A DNA stretch of 64,000 nucleotides. It comes from Lama glama (taxonomy: Eukaryota). The translations under genes and the position numbers were made by a program. Each line of letters starts with the position of its first letter. Within the stretch, counting starts at the first letter, position 1. The DNA is taken from contig CM052817.1 of assembly GCA_028534125.1 (NCBI GenBank), forward strand, positions 1,118,001-1,182,000, read 5' to 3'. The notes below the pieces were generated by a model. That model did not search any database. It was not told the origin of the DNA and saw nothing but the letters and a program-made list of their open reading frames with translations. This document shows, piece after piece, positions 36,751 to 50,593 of the stretch.

Positions 36751-37558
36751 TGCCAGCTCCCGAGGACACAGGAGGAGGACGCTCCCTGAGGTGGGGAAGA
36801 CTCGGGGGGAAGGGCAGATTTCAGCCCCTTCAGGGGAGCATCACTCCCTGCCTGACCCGCCGAGGGCCAGCCTGGGGACAGCGGCAAGCGAGGGGCTGAG
36901 ACGAGCGGAGTGCGGTGCGGAAGAGGCAGCGTGCGCAGGGGAGTCTAGAGGGAAACCGTCCTTGGCTGCAGAAGCCAACGCTGGACAGTCGGGCACAGAG
37001 AGACGAGCCGGGTCTCACCACAGCAACACAAAACCACCTACTTGCTGACCCCCTCCACAGGCTTCCCGTGATGCCACGTACTGGGTTCTCAATACCCATT
37101 TATACTCTGCCATTCTGTTAGAGTAGACGCTCACTGCTCCGTGTTTTAAAAATGTTTTCTTCTCCAGAGAAGGGTAGATAAAATGTTCTAAAGTAAACCC
37201 AGGGAAAGAAGATCTCTCCCATTTCTGGTCTCACAAGGGCATGAAACAAAGCGGTTGTGTCTAGATGGTCAAGAATTTGGTTTTCAGAACAAAATGCCAT
37301 CACACTGTCTTTGCAGAAAATAAAGCTAACTTACTGCTTCTGGAACACTGTACCATAACCCTCTGTGTCCTTGGCTCATAACTAGGAGGGGAACCTTGGG
37401 GTGGGGGCACTTTTTCTGCCGTAAAAAGGAAATGGTCCATGGTGGTCACCACCAGCCTGTCCCGCCACAAGAAGCACGGGTGGGTCTGAGAGTCCACGTA
37501 CACGTGCTGTGGACACACTATTGTTTCAAAAAGCAAAGGGCCACTTTTCGAACCTTAC

Positions 37559-37654
37559 CACGGCTTCTGAAGTGGATGGGGGTCTCTGCAGCCCAGTTCT
37601 GGGGAAGGTCTCCCTTGGACAGAGCAGGTGCAGCCTGAGCTTGCCAAACAGGAT
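37559..37654 (-). CDS. POLN: POLN coding exon (96 nt)
   Basis: [47 protein letters not shown]. Confidence 0.95.
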
Positions 37655-37986
37655 CTGCAGGAGAAGCAGTCACGGGAGGTGAGCGGGTCCCAGGCCTGAG
37701 GGGGCCGCACACCCGTGACAGCTAGAGGACCTGCCAGAGAAGACACGCCCATCAGGGGTTACAAGAAACTGAAATTCTGACTTTCTACTTCTCTTGGATT
37801 TAAAGGCTTTGAAGTAACGAATCTCAATGTGAGAGAACATGAACAGCTTACATGCTTTTCGGATAAATTATTAAAAATTCATAACATTTAACACTACAAT
37901 AAAAAAATTTATAAATGCAGAATAAATCTCCCTTTGATCCCTGAATAAGAAACATATGTTATAGAAGAACCAAGCCTTAGCTTTAC

Positions 37987-38070
37987 CTCCCGAAGCTGAT
38001 TACTGCTCATTATAAGAAACTGTTCTCCTGCAACAAAATGGGCTTCTTGCTCCAATTCCTTGAGATGAGA
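37987..38070 (-). CDS. POLN: POLN coding exon (84 nt), thumb region
   Basis: [41 protein letters not shown]. Confidence 0.95.
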
Positions 38071-39519
38071 CTACAAATGTGATAAACACAATCTTATTAG
38101 TAGTTCTTACAATTTAAGATTATTGAATTTGTTCATGAAACAATTCTCAACAAAAGATCTTACAAGAATAAAAAACAGTGTAAAATTTACCAAAATGGAC
38201 ATTAAAAAATACATATTTTGACCTGTGGAACACTCAGACTCATAGAATCACTCTCCTAAGTGAAGGTAACCTAAGAAAGCAAACTGAAAGAAGCAATAAT
38301 ACACCAAAATGAGGGAGGGAAAGAATGAATTCTCCAGCAACATTACGACCGGTAAAGGGATCCAGCATCATACCACAAACTGCAAAACTTCCACAGCATC
38401 CCACGACAGAAGAGTCAGGACCAAGCTGCACAGTGACCACAGCGATTGCGATGCAGGGCCTCCCCTCCCAACAGAGGAGCAGCTACGGAGAATGAGCGAT
38501 AACGCTCTGAATGGCCAACACAACTGGGACATAGCTGGGGTGAGGGGCGGGAGGCGTGGAAGGCCCAGGTGGGAAAAAGCCAAACGTACCTTGTGAAACA
38601 GCTGATGAACACAGTGCTGAGCGGAGCAGTAGGACATGCTGAATTTGTGAACCCCTCACTCCCTCACCACTTAGGTCAGAAGAAAAGTCGAAGACCAAGA
38701 CTTTTAAAAAATTATTATAAAAGAAAAAGAGAGCGGAGTCTAAACCAGCCGACTCTGGGGAAACCAACTCTGCATTGTACCTTTATCAGACAAGAGCTGT
38801 CTTCAGGCTAAAATTCTGAAAGACACTTACAAGCAGGGTCCAGGGAACCCAGAAGCAGGGCAAGCATGATGCAACGAAACAGGCGAAAAGAAGAACCCGA
38901 ACAACCGCCTCGGTTAGTGCACCAAATCCTGCAGTCAAGAAATGATGACAAGAAGGAGCAAAGCATTAAAAGACAGGCAATGGATCTCTTCAGGAATAAG
39001 TGAGACCTCAGGAAGCAAAAACTTCAGGAGCAAATTCTTTGATCTCAAAGAATTAAGAGAGACCATGAGCTTCCAGTTAAAATGGCACAGTAAATTCACA
39101 CAGTCATACGTTCCTTGTGTTCACGCACACAACGGTGATGGATCGGTACAAAAAGAGAAAAGCAAACAGACAGTTTTGAACAAAACATAAACATCTCTTC
39201 AGAGCAGACATAGATGAGAAAGAACTACAAAGCAGCAGGCAGAGCCGAGGCCAAAGCCCAGCTGGACTGGGGCCAGGATCTATCTGTCTCCAACTGCCGC
39301 CCAACAATCCACTGCGACCCACACCGTGTGGTTTGTTCACATTGCTATGGGTCAGCAATTTGGGTGGGGCTCAGCTAGGTGCCCCTGTGGCCTCATGGGT
39401 AGAAGTTTGCACATTCTTCATTAGACTTATCTCAAATACTTGGCCCACTGAAAATGCGTTTACTGGCTTCTTATTGACAGGATTTCTCTATACAGTCTGC
39501 ATGTAAGTTTTTGTCATAT

Positions 39520-41229
39520 GCATGGAAAATACAATCAAAATCCCAAGAGGTTTTTTTTTTAAGTAGATCGTAGAATTTTCTATGGAAATTCAAAGAATAC
39601 AGAATGGCCAATACTGTGTGGAAGAACAAAGGTGGAAGACTACAGGACATCCAGACGCATTACAAAGCTACAGTAACCGAGTCAGGGGAGCAGAACCACA
39701 CGGACAGACACATAAAACAACAGACCAGAGCAGAGCCCAGAGGAAGACCTGCACATGCACAGCGACCTGATTTGTGAAAAAGGTGCTGCTGTAACTCTGT
39801 TGGGGAAACAGTGGCACTTCTAATAAATGATGCTGAAATGAATGGAAATCCATTTGGGAATAAAGCCTTAACTGTGCTTTATACCAGGTGGAAAAATTAA
39901 TTTGAAATAAATGATATACTTAAAATAATACAGTTTATAGGATGAAGCACGGGAGAGTATCGTTACCAGAGGGCAAAGACTTCTTAGCACATAAAACTCT
40001 TATTTAGGAAATAGTTCATTGGACTTGTTGAAAATGAAGAGCTTCTGTTCATCAAAGACACAGCTACTGGGGGAGGGTATAGCTCAGGGGTGGAGCATGT
40101 GCTTAGCATGCACTAAGTCCTGGGTTCAGTCCCCAGTACCTCTTTTTAAATAAATGAGTAAATCTAATTACCCTCCTCCCTACCCACACACAATAAAAAG
40201 ACACAGCTATTGAGAGTAAAAAGACAAGCCACAGACAGACTGGGCCAGATAGTAAATATATTAGGCTCCATGGGTCACACATGCTTTCTGTCACATATCA
40301 TTCTCACATTTGTTTTTTTAATTATAAAAAACCGTTCTTAATTTGCAGGCCATATGAAAACCACAGGATGGATTTGTCCAACAGATGGATTTGCCAAACC
40401 CTGGACTGGGAGACAGTATTTTCAATTTATCTTACAAAGGAATCATATACAGAATATATAAAGAACTCCTACAAATAAGTAAGAAAAAGTCAGTTAACAC
40501 ACATTTTCAAATGGGTGAAGTCTTTGAAAAGTTGGACCAAAAAAGACTATATTCAAAATACCATCAAGTACATGAAAAGGTGCCCATTATTATTATTTAT
40601 CAGGGAAATGCAAATTAAATCCACAATGAGATACAACTACAGACCCATCAGAATAGCTAGAGTGAAAAAGACGGACAGTACCGTGTTGGTGAGAATGTCG
40701 CAAATGGGACAGTAAAATGTTAACCAATTTGAAAAGCTGTTTGGATGTACCCACCACAAGTACTCACATCCTGTAATCCAGCAATTTTACATCCATTCTT
40801 GGATATAAAACCGAGACAGAGCTCTCACATCCACCACACGTTAGGCACATGAATATTCACAGCCACTGTGATCACAGTGCCCACCAGCGAGCGAGGGTGT
40901 AAAAGAAGGATGCACCTCCCTACAGTAGGTTCTATAAGCAATTTTTACTAGAATGCACTTCTGCTACTCTCAACCAAGCTGGTGAATCCCTCAGACAGCA
41001 TGTGAGCAAAAGGAGACAGAACCAAAGAGCCCATGCTGTGTGGCTCACATGAAGCGCACGATCACTGAGGATGGAGTCAGATTAATGGCTGTCTCTAGGG
41101 GTACAAACTGGAAGGGGCAGGAAGGAGCCTTCTGGGTGCTGGAAATATTCTATATCTTGATTTGGGTGGAGGTTACACAGGTGTGTACATATGTAAAACT
41201 ACATCAAGCTCTGCATGTAAGATTTGCAC
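39520..41229 (+). mobile_element. Old L1 ORF2/3' relic hosting a SINE, a MER58-like element (~40240-40405) and a full-length L1
   Basis: ORF2 motifs (ttacaaagctacagtaacc, gggaaatgcaaattaaatccacaatgagatac); its 3' end resumes after 48355. Confidence 0.8.
40067..40196 (+). mobile_element. Vic-1-type SINE with target-site duplication
   Basis: TSD aaagacacagcta at 40054-40066 and 40197-40209. Confidence 0.92.
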
Positions 41230-41625
41230 CAAGCAGATTCAGGGCAGATGGTGGAGCAGGAGTTGAGAGGTGAGAATCTGTCTCCCACCTGGAAAACAAA
41301 TGCAGGGGCAGAATCCTCTAATGTAACCATTTGGGAACTCTGGAGTCTGTTGATGGCTTGCAACTTTGGTTTTGGGAAGCCTTGAATGGTAAATTGCAGT
41401 TTATTTTGGTCAATTTTGGCTTTTAGCACAGTAGCAGCTACCCACCCCTACCCCGAGCCATGAGGTAGGAGGCCAGGAGGCAGCCTGGAGCAGCCTGAAC
41501 ACAGCTGGTGGGAGCCAGGGTGGGCAAAAAAGACCCTGTTCTCCAAATACTGGGGATCTGTGCTCTGATCACTGATTGCTGCTTCTAATAACAGAGATTC
41601 AGACAAACAGGCAGGCAGCCATTCT

Positions 41626-42364
41626 CTTTTTGTGTGTATGTATGTATATATACATATATATTTTTTTAAAATGAAGTATAGTCAGTTTATAATGTGTCAA
41701 TTTCTGGCGTATGGCATAATGCTTCAGTCATACATGGATATATATCTATATCTATAAATATTTCACATTCTTTTGCACCTTAAGTTTCTACAGGATATTG
41801 AGTATAGTTCCCTGTGCTATACAGTATGAAATTGCTGTTTATCTATTTTATATATAGCAGTTAGTATCTGTAAATCTCAAACTCCCAATTTATCCCTTCC
41901 CACCCCCTTTACCTCCTGGTAAAGAAAAGTTTATTTTCTATGGCTGTGAGCGTTTCTGTTTTATAAATAAATTTGTTTGTCTTTTTTTTTTCAGACTCCA
42001 CATATAAAGTGATATCATATGGTATTTTTCTTTCTCTTTCTGGCTTATTTCACTTAGAATGACAATCTCCAGGTCCATCCATGTTGCTGCAAATGGCATT
42101 ATTTTTTATGGCTGAGTATTATTCCATTATATAAATATACCACAGCTTCTTTATCCAGTCATCTGTCAATGGACATTTGACTGTTTCTATGTCTTGGCTA
42201 TTGTAAATAGTGCTGCTATGAACATTGGGGTGCATGTATCTTTTTGAATTAAGATTCCCTCTGGATATATGCCAGGGAGTGGAATTACTGGATCATAAGG
42301 TAAGTCTATTTTTAGTCTTTTGAGGAATATCCATACTGTTTTCCATAATGGCTGCACCAAACTA
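41626..42364 (-). mobile_element. Younger 5'-truncated L1 inserted into the 5'UTR of the full-length L1
   Basis: 14-bp TSD caggcagccattct at 41612-41625 and 42365-42378; LVQPLWKTVWIFLKRLKIDLPYDP. Confidence 0.93.
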
Positions 42365-43701
42365 CAGGCAGCCATTCTTGTTGCACCTTCCGCATTATTG
42401 TAGGAAGCTCCCTCTGCATTATTGTAGGAAGTGATTTAAAGGTCTTTTTTAACCCTTCTGCATGTTTCACTTTTTCTCCTTTCAGGAGACAGATGTTAAA
42501 GACAAGGACACTAAAAAATAACTGCACATACATGGGGAAAATTAGAAAGTGACTGAGCATGCCCAGGAAAAGGCTCAGAAAAGACCTGAGAAGAACTTAG
42601 GTTTACACTTCATGCTGGTCCTCAACACAGAGACAAGCTACAATAATTTAAAACACACACACACACACACACAAACACCAGAAATGATAATAAACAGAAA
42701 GAGCAAACTGTGGGAAAGGGGGAGAATCTGATTTCCAGAGTTACCACATTATTAGATCCTAATGTCCAGTGTTCAACAAAAAATCACAAGGCATACAAAA
42801 AACAAAAACAGGAAAGTATGGCCTATTCAAAAGGGAAAAAATCAACAGAAATTGTTACTGAAAAAAAAAGACCTAATGGTATACAGACAACTTTAAAATA
42901 ACTGTCTTACAGATGCTCACAGAACTAAAGGAAGGTGTGAAGAAAGTCAAGAAAACAACGTGTGAACAAAATGGAAATATTAATAAAGAGAAAATTTTAA
43001 AAAGAAAACAAAAAAATTCTGGAGCTGAAAAGTACAGTAACTGAAATTTAAAAAGTCACTAGAGGGATTCAAAGGCATATTTGAGTAGGCAGAGGAAAGA
43101 ATCAGTGAACTTAATAAAGGAAGAATAATGAAAATGATTGAGGCTGAGGAACAGAAAGAAAAAGGATTGATGAAAAGTGAATAGAGCTTAAGGGACCTGT
43201 GGGACACTATCAAGTGGACCAACATACAGATTGTGGGAATCCCAGAAGGAGAAGAGAAAGAAAAGGGCAGCAAGAATATTGAAAGATATACTTGCTGAAA
43301 ACCTCTCAAATTTGATGAAAAATGTGAGTATAAACATCCAAGAAGCTCAAAGAACTTCAAGTAAGATGAACTCAAAGAGACAAACATAAAAACATATTAT
43401 CATCAAACTCTGAAGAGACAAAGAGAGAATTTTGAAAGTAGCAAGAGAACAGTGTCATCACATACGAGGGATACTGAGTAAGATTGTCAGCAGATCTCTC
43501 ACCAGACTTTGAAGTCCAGAGGAGAGTGTGTTAATATATTCAAAGTGCTAAAAGAAAAAACTATCAACCGAAAGTCCTTGTCAGGCAAAACTGTCCTCTG
43601 AGAGTGAGAGAGAAACTAAGACAATCCCAGATCAACAAAAGCTGAGGGAGATATGACCACTACACTTGCCCTGAAAGAAATGCTCAAGAAAGACCTGCAC
43701 G

Positions 43702-43775
43702 GTACAGTAACCTGAAGCCAAATGAAGAAATAAAGGACACAGTACAGTAACCTGAAGCCAAATGAAGAAATAAAG
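43702..43775 (+). repeat. Tandem duplication (34-bp exact copies, 40-bp period) inside L1
   Basis: gtacagtaacctgaagccaaatgaagaaataaag at 43702 and 43742. Confidence 0.9.
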
Positions 43776-46700
43776 ATCTCAATAAAGGTAAATACATGAA
43801 TTATAAAAGCTAGTATTATAACAATTTGTAGCTGTACTTTTTATTTTCTGTATGATTTAAGAAATAATTGAGTGTAAAAGTGAGTATTTACTGTAACTTC
43901 AGTTTGTGACTCTAAATCTTCTTTTCTACATAATTAAAAAAAATTATTAGTTCACATTTTGGAGCACACAATGTATAAGGACGAAATTTTGTGACAGCAA
44001 CAATGGGAAGGGTTGGGGACAGAGCTGTAAAGAAGCAGAGTTTTTGTATGTCATTGAAGTTAGGCTGGTATAAATTCAAATTAGACTGTTATAACTTTAC
44101 AGTGTTAAATGTAATCCCCATGATAACCATAAAGAAAATAGCTATAGCACACACACAAAAGGAAATGAAAAAGGAATTTAAACATTTCACCACAAGAAAT
44201 CAACTAAACGTAAAAGAAGACAGTAATGCAGGAAATGAAGGACAAAAAGCTGTAAGCTTATAAGGCATATAGAAAAATAGCACAGTAACAAAAGTGAGTC
44301 ACTTCTTACCACTAATTAATTAAATATAAATGGATTAATTCTCCAATCAAAAGACAGAGATTGACAGAATGGATAAAAACACATGATCCATCTATATGCT
44401 GTCTGCAAAAGACTCACTTTAAATCCAAAGATACAAACAGGTTGAAATGGAAAGGATGGAAAGAGATATTCTATTCAAATAGTAACCAAAACTCAGCAAA
44501 ATAGAATTTAAATAAAAAATGGTTACAAGAGACACAGGATGACATATTTTCAATACAGTAAGAAGATATGACAATTATAAACATTTACATACCTAATGGC
44601 AGACCATCAAAATATATGAAGGAAAACTTACAGAATTGAAAGGAGAAATAGAGAGTTCTACAATAACAGTTGGAGGCTTGAATATTCCACTCACAATAAT
44701 GGATAGAATAACCAAGCAGAAGATAAGTAAGGAAATAGAGGACTTAGACAATGATAAACCAACTAGATCTAACAGACATGTACATAACACTCAACCCATC
44801 AATAACATGCACATGGGATATTCTTCTCAAGTGCACATAGGATATTTTCCAGGATAGACTATATGTTAGGCCACTAATTAAGTCTCAAGAGATTTTAAAA
44901 GATAGATATCATACAGAGTATCTTCTCTGACCACAAGAAGTTGAAGTTAGAAATCAATAACAAAAGGAAAACTGGAAAATTCATAAATTGTAGAAATTAA
45001 ACAATACGCTTTTAAACAACCAAGAGATAAAAAAAGAAATGAAAACCAAACTTAGAAAGTACTTAGAGATGAATGAAAACAAAACCACAACAAACCTGCA
45101 TACGGGATGCAGCAAAAGCAGTACTAAGGAAAAAATTTATAGCTATAAATGCTTATATTAAAAAACAGGAAACTGAAAAATTGTGCTCTACACTGGAAAT
45201 TGACACATTGTAAAATGACTATAACTCAATAAAAAAAGTTAAAAAAAAAGAAAGAAAGATCTGAATTCAATAACCTAACTTTACAATATAGAGCTAGAAA
45301 AAGGACAGACTAAACCCAAAGATAGTAGAGAGAGGAAATAATAAAGATAAAAGCAGAGATAAATGAAATAGAGAATAGAAAAACAGTAACGAAAATCAAT
45401 GAAATTAAAATTTGGTTCTTTGAAAAGATCAGCAAAACTGCCAAACCTTCATCTAGGTAGACTGAGAAAAAAAGAGAAGGCTCAAATTACTAAAACCAGA
45501 AATTTCAGTGAAAATATTACTATCAATTTAAAAGAAATAAAAAGGATTGTCAAACTATGAACAACTGTACACCAGCAAATTGGATAACCTACATGAAACA
45601 AATTTTTAGAAACATAAAACCTACCAAGACTAAATCATGGAGAAACATAAAAACTGAATAGACCTGTAACTAGTAAGTAGATTGATTCAGTAATCAAATA
45701 TCTGCTAACAAAAAAAAGCCCTAGACCCAATGGCTTCACTGGTGAATTCTACCAAACATTTAAAGAAGAACTAATCCAATTTTTTTCAACCTTTTCAAAA
45801 TAAATGGAGAGGGCAACACTTCCCATCCCATTTTATGAGGCCAGCATTTCTCGGATAAAAAAGCCAAACAAACACACTACAAGAAGACTACAGATCAATA
45901 TCCCTTATCAACACTGATGAAAATTCCTTAACAAAATGCTAGCAAGCAGAATCCGGCAGTATATTAAAAGGATTATATACCATGCCCAAGTGGGATTTAT
46001 TCCTGGAATGCAAGGATGGTTCAACATATGAAAATTAATCAGTGTAGTATGCCACGTCAACAGAATAGACTGGGGGGAAAACACAATCATCTCAAATGAT
46101 ATAGAAAAAGCATCTGACAATGTTGGACTCAGCAAACTAGGAATGGAGTAAAACTACCTCAATATAGTAAAAGTCATAAATGAAACACCCACAGCAAGCA
46201 TCATACTCAGTGGTGAAAGGAAGGGGTTCCTCTAAACAAGGCAGAAACAGAAACAAGGCAAAGATGCTTGCTTTCACCACTTCTATTCAACATGGTATGG
46301 AAGTTCTATCTAGAGCAATTAGGCAAGAAAAATAAATACAAGGCACACAAATTGGAAAGGAAGAACTAAAATTATCTCTGTTTGCAGATGACATGATCTC
46401 ATATATAGAAAATTCTAAAGATTCCAAAAAAAAAAAAAACAACCACCAACTGTTAGAACCTTTTGAACTTAGGAAAATAGCAGGATACCACAGCAATACA
46501 CAAAAATCAGTTTCACTTCTACACATGAACAATTTGAAAAGGAAATAATAAAAACAATTTCATTCACAACAGCATCATAAAGAATAAAATACTTAGAAAT
46601 TAACCACAGAGGTGAAAGATTTATATGATGAAAACTACAAAACATTGCTGAAAGAAATGTTAAGAGACATAAATAAATGGAAACACATCTCATGCTCATG

Positions 46701-49700
46701 GACTGTAAGGCAATATATCAAGATGTCAATATTACTCAAAGTGATCTATAGATTCGGTGCAATCCCTATCAAAATCTCAAAGATTTTTTTTTCAGAAATA
46801 GAAAAAATCCATCCTAAAATTCATTTAGAATCTCAAGGGACATCAAGTAGTAAAAAAATCTTGAAAAAGGAGAACAAAACTGCAGGACCTACACTTCCTA
46901 CTTTCAAAACTTACTACAAAGCTACAGTAATCAAAATAGTGTGGTACTGGCATAAAGACAGACATACAGACCAAGGGAACGGAATAGGCAGCCCAGAAAT
47001 AAACCTTTGAATGTGTGGTCAGATGACTTTTGATGAGGGAGCCAAGGCCACTCACTAGGGAAAGGACAGTCTTTTCAGCAAATGGTGCCGGGAAAACTGA
47101 ATGTTCACGTCCAGGAGAATGAAGCTGGGCCCTTACCTGACACCACATACAAAAACTAACTCAAACTGGAGCAAGGACCTAAATGCAAGACCTAAAATAA
47201 TGAAACTCTTAGAAGAAAACAGGACAGAGGCTTTACGACATTGGATTTGGCAATGATTTCCTGGATACAATACCAAAGGCACAGGTAGCAAAAGAAAAAA
47301 TTAAAAAATTGGATTTTATGAAAATCTAAAATTTTTATGCATCAAAATGCACTATCAACAGAGTAAAAGGGCAAACCACTGAACAGAAGAAAATATTTGA
47401 AAATCATTTATCTTGATAAGGGATTAACATCCAGAATATACAGAGATCTGCTGAAATTCAACAACAAGAAAAAAAAACAAACAACCCAATTCAAAAATGG
47501 GCAAAGGACCTGAATAGACATCTTTTTCCAAAGAAGATATACAAATGGCCAATAAACACATTAAAAGATTTTCAACATCACTGATCATTAGTTAAAAGCA
47601 AATCAAAACTACAATGAGATACCACTTCACATTCATTAGGATGGCTACTACCAAAAAAAAAAAAAAACCAGGAAACAGTAAATGTTAGCAAGGATACAGA
47701 GAAACTGGAACCCTTGTGCACTGTTGGTGGGAATGTAAAATGGTATACCCGCTGTGGGAAAAGTATGGTGGTTCCTCAAAAAATTAAAAACAAAATTACC
47801 ATAAGATTTATCAAATGACTTCTAAGTATATGTTCAAAAGAACTGAACGCAGGATTTCAAAGAGATATTCATAGGTCATATTCACAATAGCTAAAACATA
47901 GAAGCAACCCAAGTTGCAGCCATCAACAAATGGATAGATAATCAAAATTTGTTATAAACACACAATGGCTATTCAACCTCAAAAAAGGAAGAAAGTTCTG
48001 CAGTATGCTACAACCTGGATGAACCTTGAGGACATTATGCTAAGCGAAATGAGCTGGTCTCAGACAAATACTGTATGATTCCACTTACATGAAGCAGTTA
48101 GAGCAGTCAAAATCATAAACGCAGAAAGTAGAATGGCGGTTCCAGAAGCTGGAAGAAGGGGAGATGGGGAGTTATTGCTTAATAGGTATAGAGTTTCCAT
48201 TTTACAAGACAAGGTACTTATGGGGATGGATGGTGGTGATGGTTGCACAACAATGTGAACGTACTTCATACCACTGTTCTGTGTAGTTACAAATGGTTAA
48301 GATGTAAATTTTATGTTAAGTGTATTTTATCACAATAAATGAAAAAGATTTGCACTATTCATTGCATATAATTTCTTTCTCAATTTAAAAAATACATAAA
48401 AAGAAAAAAAAATCAGTTCCAGGTGGATTATAAACCTCAGTGCAAAGGCTAATGAAAACAGCTTTCAAACATAACACATGAGAGCACTTCACAAGCTTGA
48501 AGTAAGCAAAGGTTTCTTAAACAGGATGCAAGAAGCACCAACCATAAGCAAAATGATTGATAAATTGCACTGCATTAAAAATTAAGAACTTCTGTTGATC
48601 GGAAGACACCATTAGGAGAGTAAAAAGGTAAGACAGAAAGGGAGAAGGTATGGTAAGAGATTTGTAACCAGAATATCTCAAGATGTCCTATAAATCAGTA
48701 AGCAAAGACAAAACTCTCAACACACAAAAACAGGTAAAAATTTTGAGCAGATCATTTACCACAGAGGAACTCCTAGTAGCCAATGACGATATGAAAAACT
48801 ACGCAGCCTCCTCAGTAATCAGGACGATAGAAACCAACACCACAAAGAGATACCACTGTGTCCTAAGCAAAACAGCCCTATTAAGAGTCTGTGAGCCCGT
48901 GCAGGTGAGGATGCACAACGACAGGGGCGACTTGGAAGGTAATTCAGCTTGTCTGATGGAGCTGAGCAACACCAAGTGACCCTGCAGCCCACCCTGCCTC
49001 AGACCCCAAGAGCACTTGCCCACGGGCCCAGGAGGCACACTCTGGGTGCAGCATGGGTTGTAATGCCTGCACGCTGGAAACAACCCTGATGCCATCAACA
49101 GTGTGATGGGTCGTGCTGCAGAGGACTAAGCACCCAGCACAAGGACTAGAAGCTGAGATGCAGAGGCCAGGTGAGAGCCAGCAGCACAACTATTAATTTA
49201 CAGTTCCTTCAAAAGGGAAGATGACTATACTGTTTAGGCGCTGAAGTGGAAAACTGAAGAAAAGCAATAATGTAATGACTACAAAAGTCAGGATGGGGGT
49301 TACTTTTAGCAGCAGGAAGAGGGTTCTGACAGGGAAGGGCACACAGGGCTTTTGGAAATTCTATGCTTTGACCTAGAGGATGATTATACCAGTTTCCTTT
49401 AAAATAACTTAAGGGGTACATTTTAATTCATCTTTTTCATGCATTTTTATGCACCCCTCTGTATTTTGTAGTTTTCACGGTTAGAAACCTTTGATTTTGC
49501 TTTTTTTAAAGAACCCAAGAAACCCACGAATTCCCCTCACCAACCACAGCGGGGAAAGTCCTTGCAGGAAGAACCTAAGTTTGGAGGTCACCGAGCATCC
49601 ACTGAACCACACACACATCCACATGGGGGAGCAGCCAGATGTGATGCTTGTTTAAACCTTTCCAAAGTGTGGCACTCCCCTGTAGGAGTCAGGGACAGGA

Positions 49701-49830
49701 GCAACAGTGACAACATCAGTCTGGGGAAACGAGGATGCAAAAAGGGAAGTCACCCTAGAAGTGCCACAGGTAGCAACTCATCACACGGGAGAGAGCTAAC
49801 ACGTACAAACAGTCTGATATGAGAATGTAC

Positions 49831-49895
49831 CCCAAGAAGTGCTGAAGTCCTCTCCATTTCTTCTTTGTTCACCCGAATGTTGTGGCTTTCCATCA
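49831..49895 (-). CDS. POLN: POLN coding exon (65 nt)
   Basis: CTCACAG| (V)MESHNIRVNKEEMERTSALLG |GTACAT. Confidence 0.95.
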
Positions 49896-50532
49896 CTGTG
49901 AGTCAAAAACCAAAGGAGATGAAATTTGCACTGCATCAACAACTCATTTCCGTGAAAGACTGCAGCGCCCGGAGCAAGCCTCACTCCCAGTGAGGACCAT
50001 GACAACTGCCTGCTGCGTGCCGAGCTCAGCGCTGTCCAGGAGGGTAAACATTCGGCCCCAGCAATGGTGGCAGAGGGCATGGGGACGCTGGGCGAGGCTC
50101 TGCGCTCCTGGGTGCCCAGCAGAGCAAAGACAGAGGAGAGCCTGTGGCAGGCCTTCCAGGGGGTTCTCACCAAGCGGGAGGGTTAAAGGCCAGCAGAGCA
50201 GGACCAGACAACTGCTGACTGACATAAAGCATCCAGACAGGCCTCCTCCCTGCACCGCTGCTCTCGGGAGTGCGGGAGACGGGCAGGCGCCCCCGGGCCA
50301 GGGCACTGCAGACCTGGCAGCCCAGATGGGATGCCACGTGGCCCAGATGTCAGAACGTTCTGGTCCTTCTTGACCAAGAGGTGATGCGGTCCAGCCCCTC
50401 TCGTCACAGACGGGGAAGTTAGGGGCTTGACACAATACACGACCAACCCCGAGCTAAGAGAAACAGTTGTTCCCAAACAGTACAAAGAACTCACTAGAAA
50501 GATGACTATACGTCATCCTTATGGGACCTTAC

Positions 50533-50593
50533 CTGCCAAAACTGGTATCAGAGGAAGCTCCAGCGTACAAAACAGTGTCCATAAACCATAAGC
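50533..50593 (-). CDS. POLN: POLN coding exon (61 nt) whose acceptor reads CGG instead of CAG
   Basis: [25 protein letters not shown] (human [20 protein letters not shown]). Upstream context TTTCTATCAAACGG|. Confidence 0.85.

Larger units (their letters stand above)
41230..48344 (+). mobile_element. Near-full-length degenerate L1 (5'UTR, ORF1, ORF2, 3'UTR)
   Basis: Collinear ORF1 (~42900-43700) and ORF2 (~44300-48000; FADD at ~46381; FKTYYKATVIKIVWYWHKDRH). 11-bp TSD aagatttgcac at 41219-41229 and 48345-48355. Confidence 0.93.

Noticed and set aside
38300..39250. Possible processed pseudogene
   Set aside because: No recognisable protein in any frame; the A-rich composition fits an old L1-type 5'/ORF1 relic, and I could not support a specific call.
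41230..48344. Potentially active L1
   Set aside because: ORF1 and ORF2 are broken by many stops, frameshifts and nested insertions.
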